DNA of 63,904 bases, counting the filler, from Blastocystis sp. subtype 4 (taxonomy: Eukaryota), in the NCBI RefSeq assembly GCF_000743755.1. It is 3 parts of 3 records of this genome, joined end to end, with 100 filler letters (N's around TTAATTAATTAA, not from the genome) between each part and the next. Parts side by side here need not be neighbours in the genome. Positions count along the whole stretch, not along the records: positions 21,964 to 43,765 come from NW_014569365.1; positions 43,866 to 63,904 come from NW_014569346.1; 1 more part is not named here. One strand, written 5' to 3'. This document shows positions 38,396-50,947 of the stretch, in pieces. Numbering within the stretch: the first letter of the stretch is position 1; every line of letters begins with the position of its first letter. Position numbers and translations under genes: made by a program. The notes beneath the pieces were generated by a model that saw nothing but the letters and a program-made list of their open reading frames with translations, searched no databases and had not been told where the DNA came from.

Positions 38396-40621
38396 TCAGA
38401 ATACAATGCTCTAACAGTCAACTATCCTAAATAATCCAACTTCTTGTGATAGAAACGAAATATCTGGAAGAGTGTTGAGTTTCTCTCGAATACGTTTCTG
38501 GAATTCATAGTCTGAATGTGGTGTCTAGAACTCAATAAATCTCTCTGTATGTACTTGATTTCTACTAATTTCCTCCTGGGTTCCGAGAGTCAACAATTCT
38601 CCAACAGAAAGCGTTTTCATAGTCTCAGAAGGCTGTTTAGAGAAGTCATATCCATTAAACATGTTAAAGACATCATCTTCAGGAGAGGCCTTCAGAATTG
38701 TTGGATGTGCTTCTTCAGGCCAATCACTACTGGAGCTCTCGTCTTCTAAATCCAAATATCTATTCCGATTATTGCGAGGCATCTCTTCTTCAGCAGACAG
38801 TCCATCATCAACAGTTTGTGGCCTTTTGGGATCCCAATCCATGGGTTCACGAACTCGATGTGATATCTCCTTGAATGACTTGAGCACTCTCCGATCTGAC
38901 TGACTTGGTCGAGGATGAGTTGGCTTGATGGCTGGCAAGTCACTGTCCTCACTCCAGTTATCCAAAGACTGAGTGTTTTTCATAGGTGGTTCATCACTCC
39001 AGTTATCCAAAGCCTGCTGAGGCTGTGTCTTCACAGGCAACTCATTATCACTCCAGTCATCCAGAGGACGTGTTTGTCTTACTGATACTTTGGCGCTGCT
39101 TCTGCTCTTCTTAGGAAGAGAGGTTGTTGGTTTATGGACTGGTTTTTTATCATTGTGAATAACAAGTGACTGTCTCCGTGTTTGTTTTGGATTAGGCAAT
39201 TCATCGTCACTCCACTCCCTCTGAGAAGGAGGAGTACGACTTGTTTGCTTCACAGGCAATTCATCATCGCTCCAATCCTGCTTAGAAGGAAGAACATGAT
39301 CTGTTTTCTTTGGTACAGGCAATTCGTCATCACTCCAATCTTGTGTAGCATAAATGGGAGTTGACTGCTTCATAGGTAATTCATCATCACTCCAATCCTG
39401 TGTAGCAGGAGGAATATGGCCTGTTTGCTTCACTGGTAACTCTTTATGGCTCACAAAGGATTGTCTTCTGGTAGGTTTGGGTACAGGCAAGTCATCATCA
39501 CTCCAGTCATCTAATGATGGATGAGACTGTGCTCCTGCCTTCTTCGACACATCCCTAGCACCAGTTTGCGGTACTCGGCCTTTCTCTACTTTCGAATCAT
39601 TCCTACTACTGAAGGATTGACGTCTCTTAGTAGTCTTCTTCTGATTCTGTCCTAAAGAAAGCGGTATTTTGGGCATTTCATCACTCCAGTCAGACGATGC
39701 CAACTTCGTTCGCTCTGTTTGTAGTTCAAACCTGTTTCTCTCCAATTTAGGCTTGGGGCCAGAAGGAAGAGGTGGGGCATCTTTCTCTTCCTTCTCAGCA
39801 TCCTTCCAGAATAACTCCCAATCAAAATCATCATCTGAGTCTTTACCCTTCTTACGAATTTCTGGTGACTTTGAACGTTCCTGAATAGATCGACGTGAAG
39901 TTCGAACTGGGAGAGGTGGACGAAGAGAGAACAATATGTCATCTTCTTCAGCAGTCGCCATTTCAACAGGAGGTTGCGAAAGAGAGGAGGGCTTTGGAGG
40001 AATAACAGGAATATTCGAAGATTTGGGGGGAATCGCTGGAAGAGAAGTCCAGTCATCTTCACTGTCACTGATGGCTTGAACACGAGGAGTAACAGGAGAA
40101 ATTGCATCACCCACTTCCTGAAAAGTACCTGGAGTCGATGTTGCTGGTCCTGCATTTGATTCCAGTGAAGGCCTATTGCTAATTACTATTATATGATACT
40201 ACTCTTGAACTCCAATAGAACCTGGTTTCGAAGCTAGGAACTCGTTCATCTGAGCTACCTGATTCAGATGTTCGAGAGCTTGTTCTGACAATTAGAAAAA
40301 AGTAATCACACTCACTAGACTTCTCTGAAGCACCTACAGGTTCTGGTAGATCCTTTGACAACTCAATAACAAGCGAATTGTGTTGTAACCGATACAAATA
40401 GTCAGTATCATCGGAATAATCTTGATCTAGACAATGCATAAGGTCTCTACTTGTTACTATCGCAGAAGACAACCAAACTCTTCCGAAGCAATACAGATAC
40501 GAGATAAACATACTGTTCCATCGATTCTATGTAGAGATTTAACCACATCGTGATAGGACTCGCCAAAACAGCGAAGAGCAGATGCTTCGACACTGTTTGC
40601 TACAACTACACGAGTTAGCAT
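38396..40621 (-). CDS. Largely disordered Pro/Ser/Lys-rich protein with about 12 D-W-S-D-D-E motifs
   Basis: 529-aa ORF plus short flanking exons; spliced end ...LPDISFLSQESIVF-TGA; motif at 38336-38343; N-terminal exons approximate. Confidence 0.7.
38935..39700 (-). repeat. Degenerate coding repeat (Q/D)DWSDDELPVK, about 57-nt core period
   Basis: Recurring tcatcactcca on the + strand. Confidence 0.8.
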
Positions 40622-40709
40622 TTACTGTTTGGATGAACAAGGAACGTGATATAACACTGGATAAGAAAGGAGGTACCGTTAAATAGATAACAATGAAAAA
40701 ATAAGTAGT

Positions 40710-40782
40710 GCCTCAATAGCTCAGTCGGTAGAGCACTCGCTTAGTAAGCGAAAGGTCGGGAGTTCGATCCTCCCTTGAGGCT
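40710..40782 (+). tRNA. tRNA-Thr(AGT)
   Basis: GCCTCAATAGCTCAGTCGGTAGAGCACTCGCTTAGTAAGCGAAAGGTCGGGAGTTCGATCCTCCCTTGAGGCT followed by a T-run. Confidence 0.95.
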
Positions 40783-40798
40783 TTTCTATTATTTGTTT

Positions 40799-41302
40799 AT
40801 GGTTCGCATTCTTATTGTATTTCTTATATTTCTTTCGTTAAGTTTGACGTCTTCACTAGGAGGAGAACTAGGAGATGAGATCAACTGGAGAACATATGCT
40901 GATGGTATTTATGAGATAAAGGAGACGAAGAAACCAGGAATGATCGTTTTCCATCGTGATAATAGCAATTCTTGTGTTCGACTTGGTAATGAGATGCGTG
41001 GATATAAACAACTAATTAAGCGAAGTGAAAAGTTTGTTATGATCAGTTGTAATGGTGAGAATGATCCTCAATCGGAAATCTTTGATTATGGTAAGTTTTG
41101 ATCCTTATAATGAAGTGTAGATGGTACTTATGTGCCAAAAATCTTTTTTGTTTATCCAAACAATACTATTAGTTGGACAACCGTTTCTAGCCAACTGAAT
41201 TATCAGTATCGCTATTACTATCGAAGTGCAAAACAACTAAATGAGCGAATGAGAGACTTCTTGAAAGCAGTCAAGAAGGAGCATATTGAAAGTGAACTGT
41301 AA
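40799..41302 (+). CDS. ER thioredoxin-fold protein, TXNDC12/ERp18/AGR family, SxxC instead of CxxC
   Basis: Signal peptide; LGDEINW, KKPGMIVFH, SNSC, FVMI, DGTYVPKIFF; intron 41091-41120; C-terminal IESEL. Confidence 0.8.
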
Positions 41303-41531
41303 TATGAACATCATTTTTGTTTGGAATACAATTTCACTAGTCTTAGGGTTCATTCCACTTAATGCTCTCTTGTGCAATTGAGTCCTCAAATATTGTTACT
41401 TGAACTCTATTTTCATGGCAATCACAACATACAATCAGAGAAATACAAGCAATATACAACAAGCTTTCGGTTCATTCCCGTGATTCCAGATTATTCTATA
41501 AAGAGGTGTTGATACCGTAGTATTGACTGAA

Positions 41532-41802
41532 ATGACCAGTAGGAAGTTCAAAATGGTTTTTATTACCTACAGGAGGCAATCAGAGAGAGGTTGACCGAAT
41601 GCGTTCTGAGGCGAGACATGCGAAGAAGGGAGTAGGCGAAAGAAAAGAGGGAAATCCGCAGAGCCGTAATGAAAAGTAGTTTTGGTTTAGTTGTCTTATG
41701 GGCAGTGATGCAGCTCGTCTTGCAGCTAAAATCGCAGCAAAGAAGGCAGCAGCTGAGGCCAATGGAGGAGAAGCTCCTGGAAAGAAGAAGGGAAAGAAGT
41801 AA
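41532..41802 (+). CDS. SERF: SERF/4F5 small EDRK-rich factor, 3 exons
   Basis: Spliced MTRGNQREVDRMRSEARHAKKG...NDAARLAAK; missing from the ORF track; motif at 41858-41865. Confidence 0.85.
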
Positions 41803-41906
41803 TCAATTCTAGTCGGGTGAGACTTCTTTTTGAAGTGTATTATACCAGCGATTCCTTTGTTTGTTTTGAGTCCTACGCATTCTCTTTTTGGGAACCAGGA
41901 GTGTTT

Positions 41907-43637
41907 ATGTCGGTTTACTCTCAACTGTTGAAATCGGGTCTCCATCAAATTGGATCGATAAAACAGTGTTCATACACTTCTCCTTTGCGATGTTCTTCTC
42001 TACCCGTTTAACCTTTGGATCTAGATTGATTAATAGATTTTCAAGTCATTGAGAGGACCCAGTCGCTACTTTTCTTCCTCTTTCCCAATGATGCGTTGTT
42101 CTTCAATGAGATCCGGTCGAATCTATTCAGATTGTCAACCGAAACGGTTCTTTGCTACTGAAACGACTTCAAAAGCCGCAGAAGCGCCACGCGGACCATT
42201 TGCTTCCATATTCTCTTTTCTACCACGATGGGGAGCTCCGTATGCCTTGATATAGTGATTGACTGTAGAGGATTCTGGAGGAAGTTGGGTTTCTATTTCT
42301 GTGTGATTCTTGTTGTCAACGGCTTAGTTACCGTCGGATACTATACCTTCGATCATTGTTATGGACTCTTTATCAATGATCATGGTAAGTGGAAGTTGCA
42401 TTCAGATGAATATCATCACTATCACCAATTGGAACTCATTCTGAATTTCCCAGCAGGTAGTCTCCGTAGATTTCTAACAATGTAGCTCTGGATTTCGTCT
42501 TGGATCCTGCTCCTCTTCCTCCTCCACCTTCGAGTGCTTATATTGCAATCACTCCTGTTCTAAATGAGCCAGGAGAACGTCCTCCAAATGCAACATCCAC
42601 AGATCCATACAAAAAGAAGGTGGATATGTCGATTGTGGAGAATGCGACGGAAAAGAAACCTGTGGAAATATCCAAATCAGCTGCAGGAACTTCAACTGTT
42701 GTTAGTAATAAACCCATTGTTTCGAAGACAACAGAAGGATATCAGACTATCTACAGATCCACTTCAGAAACAATCATGCCATTCATTCCAGTAATTTGTT
42801 TGTATTTTGGAGATGGTATATGTCCTAAGGCTTATGGTAAGAATGTACTGAATGAATAAGAACTAGAGTTGTTTAAGCATCGTGATAACCAGGACTATCT
42901 GAATATTAACCAAATTCCTTATTTTGTCCATTTATTCAATACTATGGAAAACACGATCAAATGTTAGTAATGCAAGGATCAAGTAATTCTTAGGGGAGCA
43001 TCATAGTCTTTATGGGGTGCTTCTTTTCAACAAGTTTATGAAACACAGTTTTCACAACAACCTTGTAAATCTGGTGTATAGCTGTACGAAAATAGAAATC
43101 TAATGAGTTCTAGATAATGGTGTTAATGGAAAAGCCTTACGAGCTCTCTTTGAGTACTCTTCGAAACATCCTCTCAAATTCCGAAAACTGAAACGCCTGG
43201 ATTTAGAGGGAAATGATCTTACTGACTTTGATGTTCGAGAATTCTGCAAATATGCTAGAAGGGGAGCCTATAAACATATATCATTCTTGAGTTTGAAGAG
43301 TAGGAATGAAGAGAAATGATTAGTTCCAGATAACAACATAACTGAGTTGGGACTATTACAGCTCTGTATTCTGTTGGAAGAAGGTTATTTAAAGAATTTG
43401 GTATCAATTGATGTTGATAACAATGGCATTGATGTCAATTCGTTAGGATATCGGACTCTGATGAATTTACTCCAGAGAAATATGGAATCTGAAGTGAATG
43501 CTAATGCTCTTAAGATTATTACGACCTATCGATTGAGTGATCAACATTTGTCTATCAATAGTAAGGTCATTTTGCAGATGTTCACCAAACTTACTGCTAA
43601 ATGGAATCAACTCTCGCGCCAAATGAAGTTTATGTAA
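41907..43637 (+). CDS. Putative organelle-targeted single-TM protein with RNI-like leucine-rich repeats
   Basis: R/S-rich, acid-poor N-terminus ending KRFFATE; TM segment; LKRLDLEGNDLTD and LVSIDVDNNGID repeats; TAA + 4 nt + TGTTTGTT (43642-43649). Confidence 0.65.
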
Positions 43638-43704
43638 TGACTGTTTGTTCGTTACAATCAACAAATAATCTCCAAAATCGACATACCATTGATCATTGAT
43701 CTGC

Positions 43705-43765
43705 TTAAGGTTCAATACGTCCACGCACACGTCCAGTACGACGAGCAGCAATGAGACCAACCTTC
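43705..43765 (-). CDS. RPL8: 60S ribosomal protein L8 (uL2), C-terminal fragment; the rest lies in the gap
   Basis: KVGLIAARRTGRVRGRIEP-TAA, the conserved eukaryotic uL2 C-terminus. Confidence 0.9.
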
Positions 43766-43865
43766 NNNNNNNNNNNNNNNNNNNNNNNNNNNNNNNNNNN
43801 NNNNNNNNNTTAATTAATTAANNNNNNNNNNNNNNNNNNNNNNNNNNNNNNNNNNNNNNNNNNNN
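43766..43865. other. Assembly gap with artificial TTAATTAATTAA linker
   Basis: 44 N + linker (43810-43821) + 44 N. Confidence 0.95.
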
Positions 43866-44814
43866 GACAATCGAATTGGTCATGCGTTGACGGCATCGTT
43901 CCATCTACTTCTCACACTCTCACATCATTCTTACAATCCTATCATATCGTCCATACATCTTCTTTTCAGCTCCCAACGCAGCTACTGTTTTGATGTTACG
44001 GAAAGCCTCTTCACTCATCGTATCGGCTTCTTGATGCTCTTGCATCATCACTTCTGTATAATCAGCGAAACTGCTTTCAAAAGCTTTTCCACAATAAAAG
44101 ACAAATGGAAAAGTTACAAATACAAGAAGTGTCAGCATCCAATTCTACAATCACACAGTTCCTCTCACCTCCTACATAGTAGAACCCAAGGACACATCCA
44201 GTGACCATTGATGCAAAAGCTCGAACCATCGCTCCCAGTTCTGGACCTAATCCAGTCACAATCCGTGAAGATTCCTCCGAGAAACGCTGGCCCAGACGAC
44301 CAGGACTGATACTCTCAATGTATTCAACATCGTGTTTCATCACCGATTTCGTATACACGGAATCGGATTGTTACATGTTCTATACATCATTGACAACTCC
44401 TAAACCCACCTGCAAATGATGACAAGCAGATTCGTTCACAGAATGCAAAAATAGCAGATAGCCCTGTAAGAACGGAAAACATAATGAGAACAAAAGCCAC
44501 TGTAGAAGCATTCAGCGGTTTTTGAATCAATGCATTCATCAAATCTCCGTAGTACATGTACGCCAATGGACCCAGAATTCCTGAAGCAATGGCAACTAGA
44601 AATGAACAAAGAAGATAATCATGTACATGCAAATCCAAAGAACAGTAATACTCGTTCTCCCTTCGTTGAATACCGTAGGAACAGAGTAGATATCGATGCT
44701 GGCCGCACTTCCTGTTGTTTTGTCTCAACTACAGTCTCTGTGACTTTATTCAGCTAGCTCGATTTCTCGTTCCGGCATTTTTACTCCAAAGAATGAATAT
44801 GCTTGGCTTCCCAT
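43866..44814 (-). CDS. ABCB/MDR-type ABC transporter, N-terminal transmembrane domain only (truncated by the gap)
   Basis: AIASGILGPL..MYYGDL, SVMKHDVEYIE, GLGPELG, SEEAFRNIKTVAALGAE. Confidence 0.8.
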
Positions 44815-45098
44815 TTTTCAAGAGTTTTCTAGGAAACTTCTTGGTAATCTGCATCCTGATTCCTTTCCCTGTTAATCATATATCTGAGCGGTAATGGTTA
44901 TTACAGTATTTGGATGTTCCTAGAAAGGTAGTGTTGTTGAATGCATTCTCCGATAAAACGTCCACCAGTGACATAAGACAACAATTTCAATAAATCCATT
45001 TGTAGAAAAGAATTTGAAAAAAACTAAACTGGAAAGAATAACTGGAAAAGCTCATACTCTTCTATTAATAATCGTCATTCTAGACTATTGAACTTTCT

Positions 45099-45840
45099 AT
45101 GGGTGGTATAAGTAGTCGAATACAGCAAAAGGGAATTCAATCATTGAAGCGTTGTGTAGAGGTGGTACTCTGATTCTTAGAGATGAAAGTTAAAGTTGAC
45201 AGTCTCCCTTCATCTCCAATCACTCCAGAAGTATTAGACAGAGTTCTCGAAGAAGGTAAATTTCGCCCCAAGACAGATGCGATACTAAAATCAGCACAGG
45301 GTATTATTTTTGTATTGGACTTAATGGCAGAACGTCAGAAAGATATGAGTAAGGATTCGGTGTATCAATATGTTGGTTTGTTATGGATTCTTGTTTAATT
45401 ATCTTAGAACAAAAGGATGATGCATTTATTTCAAAGTTGCAATTGACTATGAAAGATCAAGCCTCTAGCAGTATCGAGAAGGAAGAAATGCCTTTTAAAT
45501 CATCTGAAATCCTTCCAGTCGATCGAGGATCCGTATTGTTATTTCATTCTTCTCATGCGCAGACTCCATTCATAGCTCAACATGTGGCTGGCAAACTGAC
45601 ATCGGAAGAAGTATTTTTGCTTGTTTATTTTCATTCTAGATGAAAGATTTGTTAACCTCAACTGGAATGTTGTCTGCACCCTCTGGAAGACAGATTTTGG
45701 CACAGCAGATGGAACTATCAAATGAAACAGTTGATATTTTGCTTCGTTATGTCGCTTATCCCAAATTGGAAAAGTGTCGTGAAAATACTAAGGAGTTGGA
45801 TGCATTGTGGCCATCATGGAAGAAAGATATGTCAGTTTAG
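45099..45840 (+). CDS. Possible NDUFAF4-like complex I assembly factor
   Basis: N-terminal MG; KDDAFISKL; GKLTSEE..DLL....LAQQMELSNETVDILLRYVAYP resembles the NDUFAF4 C-terminus; TAG + 4 nt + TGTTTGTT (45845-45852). Confidence 0.45.
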
Positions 45841-45890
45841 AAATTGTTTGTTCGTAACAAGAAGCGACTTGAACGGCATACGCTCGTATA

Positions 45891-48582
45891 TCAACCATTC
45901 CTTTTATCGTTAATAAAGGGGATTAGCCATGTTTTTAATTCTTCTGCTCTCCGGATCATCTGGCATCGTGTAGCAATCCATGGAGTGATTCTGGAAAGAG
46001 TTGAAGGCTGTGAATAGCGACAATCAGCTAAGACAACGACAGCCCAGTCCTTTTTATGACGAAAAGCTCGACCGATTGTTTGGTTTACTGCCTTAATACA
46101 CATATTACGATACAACTCTGATCCAGCCCCTATCGATTGTGAATCTGCAAAACGCATGCGTTCTTGCAAAATTACATCCTTCTTGTTAGCATACGGCATT
46201 CCCACAACCATCACACATCGTCCCAATTCATCACTAAAGTTGATTCCCTCGGAGAGTTTACCTCCGATGACCGCAAACAACAGAGCACCTTTTCCCGTGT
46301 TTCGGATATGTTTGGCGTATGATCCGAAAATGTCTTCCTTTCCCCGTGATTCACAGAAAACACGTTTCTGTTGATTTAGCAACGTAAATCGTTCCTCAGT
46401 ATGAATATAACGGATAAAGTCTTGCATCATTTGGAAAGATGGAAAGAATACAGCCATCCCTCCAGGAACTATAGAACATAGCAATTCTACTTTCATTAGG
46501 AGATCCTGGAGAAGGAGAGGATCATCTCGGGTGGAATAGTCAAATTTCAGTTCTTGATGTGTTGATTCTCGTGATGTGAGGATCAGCCCAAGAATATTCT
46601 CTGGGGGCAAGATGTGGGGAAGCGATAGACAGGTAATCCGCTCTTGGGATTCCTTTGGGAAGAGTTGCATCTCGAGTTCGCCAAACTACTATTCAGTTCA
46701 CTTTCATAACATACTGGCTGTAATGTTCCTCCTGTGATTATTACAGAACGGCACAATGAAGCAATTTCTTGGAAATGATCAGCAGGGTTGAGTAAGAGTA
46801 GTTGTACGTAGGCTTGTTTCTCTTCATAGCTCACCACAATCCGTGAGTCGTTATTGTCCGTAGTAAGAGCTCCAATAAAATCAATGACTGCAGGGAAATA
46901 GGAGGTAGGAGGAAGGGTTGTTGGAGGATCATTGGAATCGAGCTGTAAAGAACCATGACAAGCATTAGATTGAGTAGAAGCACCACACCCAGTACCAGAC
47001 TGAGAAGAAGCACCACACCCAGTACTAGACCGAGCAGTAGCACCATAACCAGTACCAGACTGAGCAGTAGCACCATAACCAAAACCTCCCAAAGAATCAC
47101 CACGATTACCTCCCTCACGATCAATAAACCCATTCAACTTAAACAATATTCTCTTCGCCACCACAAATCGCAATAAATCAAATAGATTAACATCTTCAAG
47201 ATGCAGACGCCGTAATAACCCATCAGTAGACAACACAGATACTACACCAAGATCAGAAGGACGAGACTGAAGGAAGGAAATGAATTCTTTGAGGACCGTC
47301 TGTAAATGAATGATGAAAGAATGAGACGAAGAAGAGAGACGGTCCGAATACCGCATGTAGTAAGCAGAGAGCTGATTCAAAGATGTTTCAAACATCAATA
47401 AAGAGATACGAGGAGAATAAATATCAGTAAGTGTATTGAATAAATTGTGGGCCTCGTCAAAGATGACCACTTGATTCTACATAACAACAAGAACCTATTC
47501 ATACCTTCAAATCAATACCCAATGCTTCACGACTTGATCGACTTAAAATCAAATTGTAGGGAAGAAGAACGAGTTGTAGATAAGGAAGAGATCGACGAGA
47601 AGCATAATAAGGACATCCTCCTGTACTATCAGCTGTTTTGAGCAAGTCCTCGATATCCAGATTGGTTAGCTAGATGATTATGTCTCCTCACAATTACAAG
47701 GATTTCATTGCGAAGATTCTGTTCTTTCTCACTGTTGTGAAACCGACATCCTTGCTTTCCACGAGAATGATTACGTTGAAGAAACAGACATTGATCCGAT
47801 ATCTGAGCATCTGTTGGAAGACGTCGAACAGATGGATTCACACATAAAGAACGACGACCACCTAGAATACTACACCGAGTATCTTTGGACCAATCACTTT
47901 GAAGAAACTCATTTAATACTTGAGCCAGTTGAGAATGTGTACGGGAACAATAATAGATCTACGAGTCATCTGCCCCCACAAAATACACTTTTGTTACAGA
48001 TATGGGTTCTTCATCTGTGGCAACAGAAAGAGTGAACGGAGTATCGAAAAGAAGCTCCTCCTCATCTTCCTGTTCCGTTTCTATACGAGCAGCTGAAGAA
48101 ACTGTCAACTTCATTCGCTTTGGATCCATTGCAATCATTTTCGATTGTTTGTACTTTTCTAATACTTCTCTGAGACTCTTTAGTTGATAATCTTGTCTTT
48201 CCCGTTTCTCCTCTACACATCACATCTTTCATCAAAATCCACTTAATTCAGCATCTTCATCTGTTGTATCAAGTAACCAAGCTGGAAGCCCCGAATCCTG
48301 AACAGTAGCTGAACTCAATTCTCCTCGAACATAATCATCAGGGAGACTCGATGTTGCATGAAGCCATGCAAGGGAACCGCACAACAAACTCAACGTTTTT
48401 CCCTTCATGTCAATTGAGAACGACAACCAACAGTTCCAGTAGGACTTTCGATCAATCCAATCTTCCCAGATTCCAATACATCATAGAGAGTAGTCATAAA
48501 GCGATCCTGGATCGGATAGGGTTCGAACGGAAATCGAAACTAAATGGTACTATCATAATAACCGTTTTACATTTCTATTCAT
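45891..48582 (-). CDS. DDX11: DDX11/CHL1 Fe-S DNA helicase (XPD family)
   Basis: FPFEPYPIQ, ESPTGTGKTLSLLC (split by an intron), SRTHSQL, IFDEAHNL, GGTLQP, GGMAVFFPSF, GGKLSEGINFSD, NQTIGRAFRH. Confidence 0.92.
46967..47080 (-). repeat. 30-bp coding tandem repeat, about 4 copies (G[Y/C]GA[T/S]xQSGT)
   Basis: gcaccataaccagtaccagactgagcagta-like units inside DDX11. Confidence 0.9.
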
Positions 48583-48691
48583 ATCAAATCATTTGTGATG
48601 ATTGTGAATAGGCGCAATAATGTGTCAACAAAATCGGCCCTACTTTGGACTTTGAATCCATTTTCGTTTGTTTTCTCATTCCACAAGCAAG

Positions 48692-50897
48692 ATGAATGAG
48701 AATCGAGACTTGTCACCGAAAGCTATTGTATTGTTTAATATGATGTATAAAGAATCTCTTCTTCCGGAACTGAAGAGTTTAGTTCGAATATGTAGAGGAC
48801 GACCTGGAATGCATCGTCATGAACTACTAGAATCGCTTCTTGATGCAGTGAGTTTTGTGTTTGAGGTTCATGTGTAGTTAAGAAATCAAGAGGATCAGTC
48901 TATTGTTTTTTGGACTGGGTGTGCAATTGAATTGCTCACAAAGAAACATCGAAAGAAGAGTGAAGCCTTTCAACGTAGGTTTTGTTCAATTTGTTTAAAT
49001 ACAGAATTTTTCTTTTTGCCATATAAAGGGTGTCGATTCTATGAAGATGCTGTTGAGTTGATTGAGAATTTCGAGAGAGCGCAAGAAAGAAAGATGGAGC
49101 AAATCTATGGAACTGAACTGCCTATTGAGTTTGAGTTACATGACATCCATGGGAAGGGTTCTCACGGGGATCTTCTCCCAGAGAGAAATGATGAGGGAGT
49201 TTTTAGTGAAGCCCTTCCCTCTACAAGGAGTAATGAAAGAGATATTCTAAGGGGTATTCTTCCTCAGGAAACGATTGATGCAAGGCATTCTCCTAAGGAT
49301 CTTCGGGAAGACGAAGGAGATTCCTTTCTTGTCTGTCATGATCCAATTTTAGGTCATATTGTAAATCCTGATTTGTACAGTACTTCGCCATTTTCTGAAG
49401 TATACCCATTCTCGTCATCATTTTCGGAAGAGCCGGAAGTTCCACCTTTGCAACTATCTAAAACGCAATCAGTGCAACCTCTATCATCCTTGGTACAAAC
49501 TGAACCATTGATCGTTTCAATTCCTGTGTTTCAACTCTCTTCACCAAAGCCTTGCAACTGTATCCATTGTTTTCTCCATTCTGTCTTCTGTAAGAATGAA
49601 GTACAAAAAGTTCTTATGGTCATGAACCCTGCCTTACTTACCCGTCGACGATCCAGATCGTTTTTCTTGACTTCAGAGCAAGTTACTGCCATTTCTTCGG
49701 GAGAATATAGTGTGGGATTGTATCTTGTAAATCGAATGGGGGAAGAATGGTTTTTGAGTGATAGCAGGTTCCAGCTTCTTGTAAACTATATGGATGTCTT
49801 TTATTTGCATGTAAGGAAGAATGAGATGGATGATGTCTAGCAAAATGTCACAAATCATGAGTATTTACTCAACCGAATGGTTCATGAAGGGGCCAATCAG
49901 GTCAGTACCTCCGGAGTCATTCCTTCATACACATATCTCGTTATTTATTTAATCAAACCCCTCTCTGTGCATCAGATCGTCGATCAGATCCTTGAACGAT
50001 CGACATCAACGGTGACGGAAGATCGTGAGTTGTTCATGTCAATGTTGAAAGATGATGAAGATGGGTCGTCGTTGAATATGGTAGGATTCAAGTATTCGTT
50101 ACTGGATCCTCTTACGTATCAACGGATGGAACATCCTGTGCGATCACTACATTGCAGACATGTGAAATGTTTTGATTTGCGTGCCTTTGTGGAGTTATAT
50201 AGTAATAAGGAAAAGATGGAGTGTCCTGTGTGTTATGAAGCCGTTCGATTGGATGAACTGAAGGAAGATGTCTTTGTTTGGAGTATTTTGAAGCATACAA
50301 CAAAAGATGAAGAAGAGGTTGAATTGGAATTGTCTGGGGAGTGGCATCACTGTCCCATACAACTCACACCTCCTCCTAGTCCACCCCATAATGGTACTTC
50401 AAATGGATATTCTGAGTTGTCTTCATCATCAAGATTTGGGAGAGATTACAATTCCGATCAGTCTAAACAGTGTCCCACCTCCAGTCAACCAAAACTCGCA
50501 ATTTCCCCAACCAACGCTTCTTTTGATTATATTCTGAATGAGTTCTGTCCTAATCGACGCAAGAGGAAAAGCCTGACCACCCCTTCGATTGATTCTTTTT
50601 TCGCAAATAAACGAGACTCACGGTCTCAAGAACCTGACTTGACTTCCCCGTTGAGCTTGGGTAGTGGGTTATTTGTGAAGTCCAATAGTGCGGTATCTTC
50701 AATGAAATGGATTAACGACAAATCAGCAATGAAGTCAAGTATTGATATTCCTTTGATAAAGTTGAATACTGGGACACCTTTGAGGAAGTCGAATAGCGAC
50801 AAACCTTCTAACCTAGATATTATCGATTTATGTGATGATTCAAGTGATGAACAAACATGTAATAATATGGAAGACTGTGTTATCAGTCTCGTTGATT
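48692..50897 (+). CDS. SIZ/PIAS-type SUMO E3 ligase (SAP-like N-terminus, SP-RING, C-terminal SIMs)
   Basis: SLLDPLTYQRMEHPVRSLHCRHVKCFDL...CPVC; IIDLCDDSSDE; genomic stop at 50926, predicted poly(A) stop at T50897. Confidence 0.85.
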
Positions 50898-50947
50898 GTG
50901 TTCTTTGTTTTGAGAGTATTCCGTAGTTGCGACACATCTCTTCCAAA

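Noticed and set aside
38935..39700. Regularly spaced short repeats with variable spacers, superficially CRISPR-like
   Set aside because: Repeats are degenerate, in frame and encode DWSDDE; eukaryotic context and no cas genes
46967..47080. Resemblance of GYGATAQS to ice-nucleation protein repeats
   Set aside because: Only ~4 copies with a 10-residue period inside a helicase loop; low-complexity coincidence
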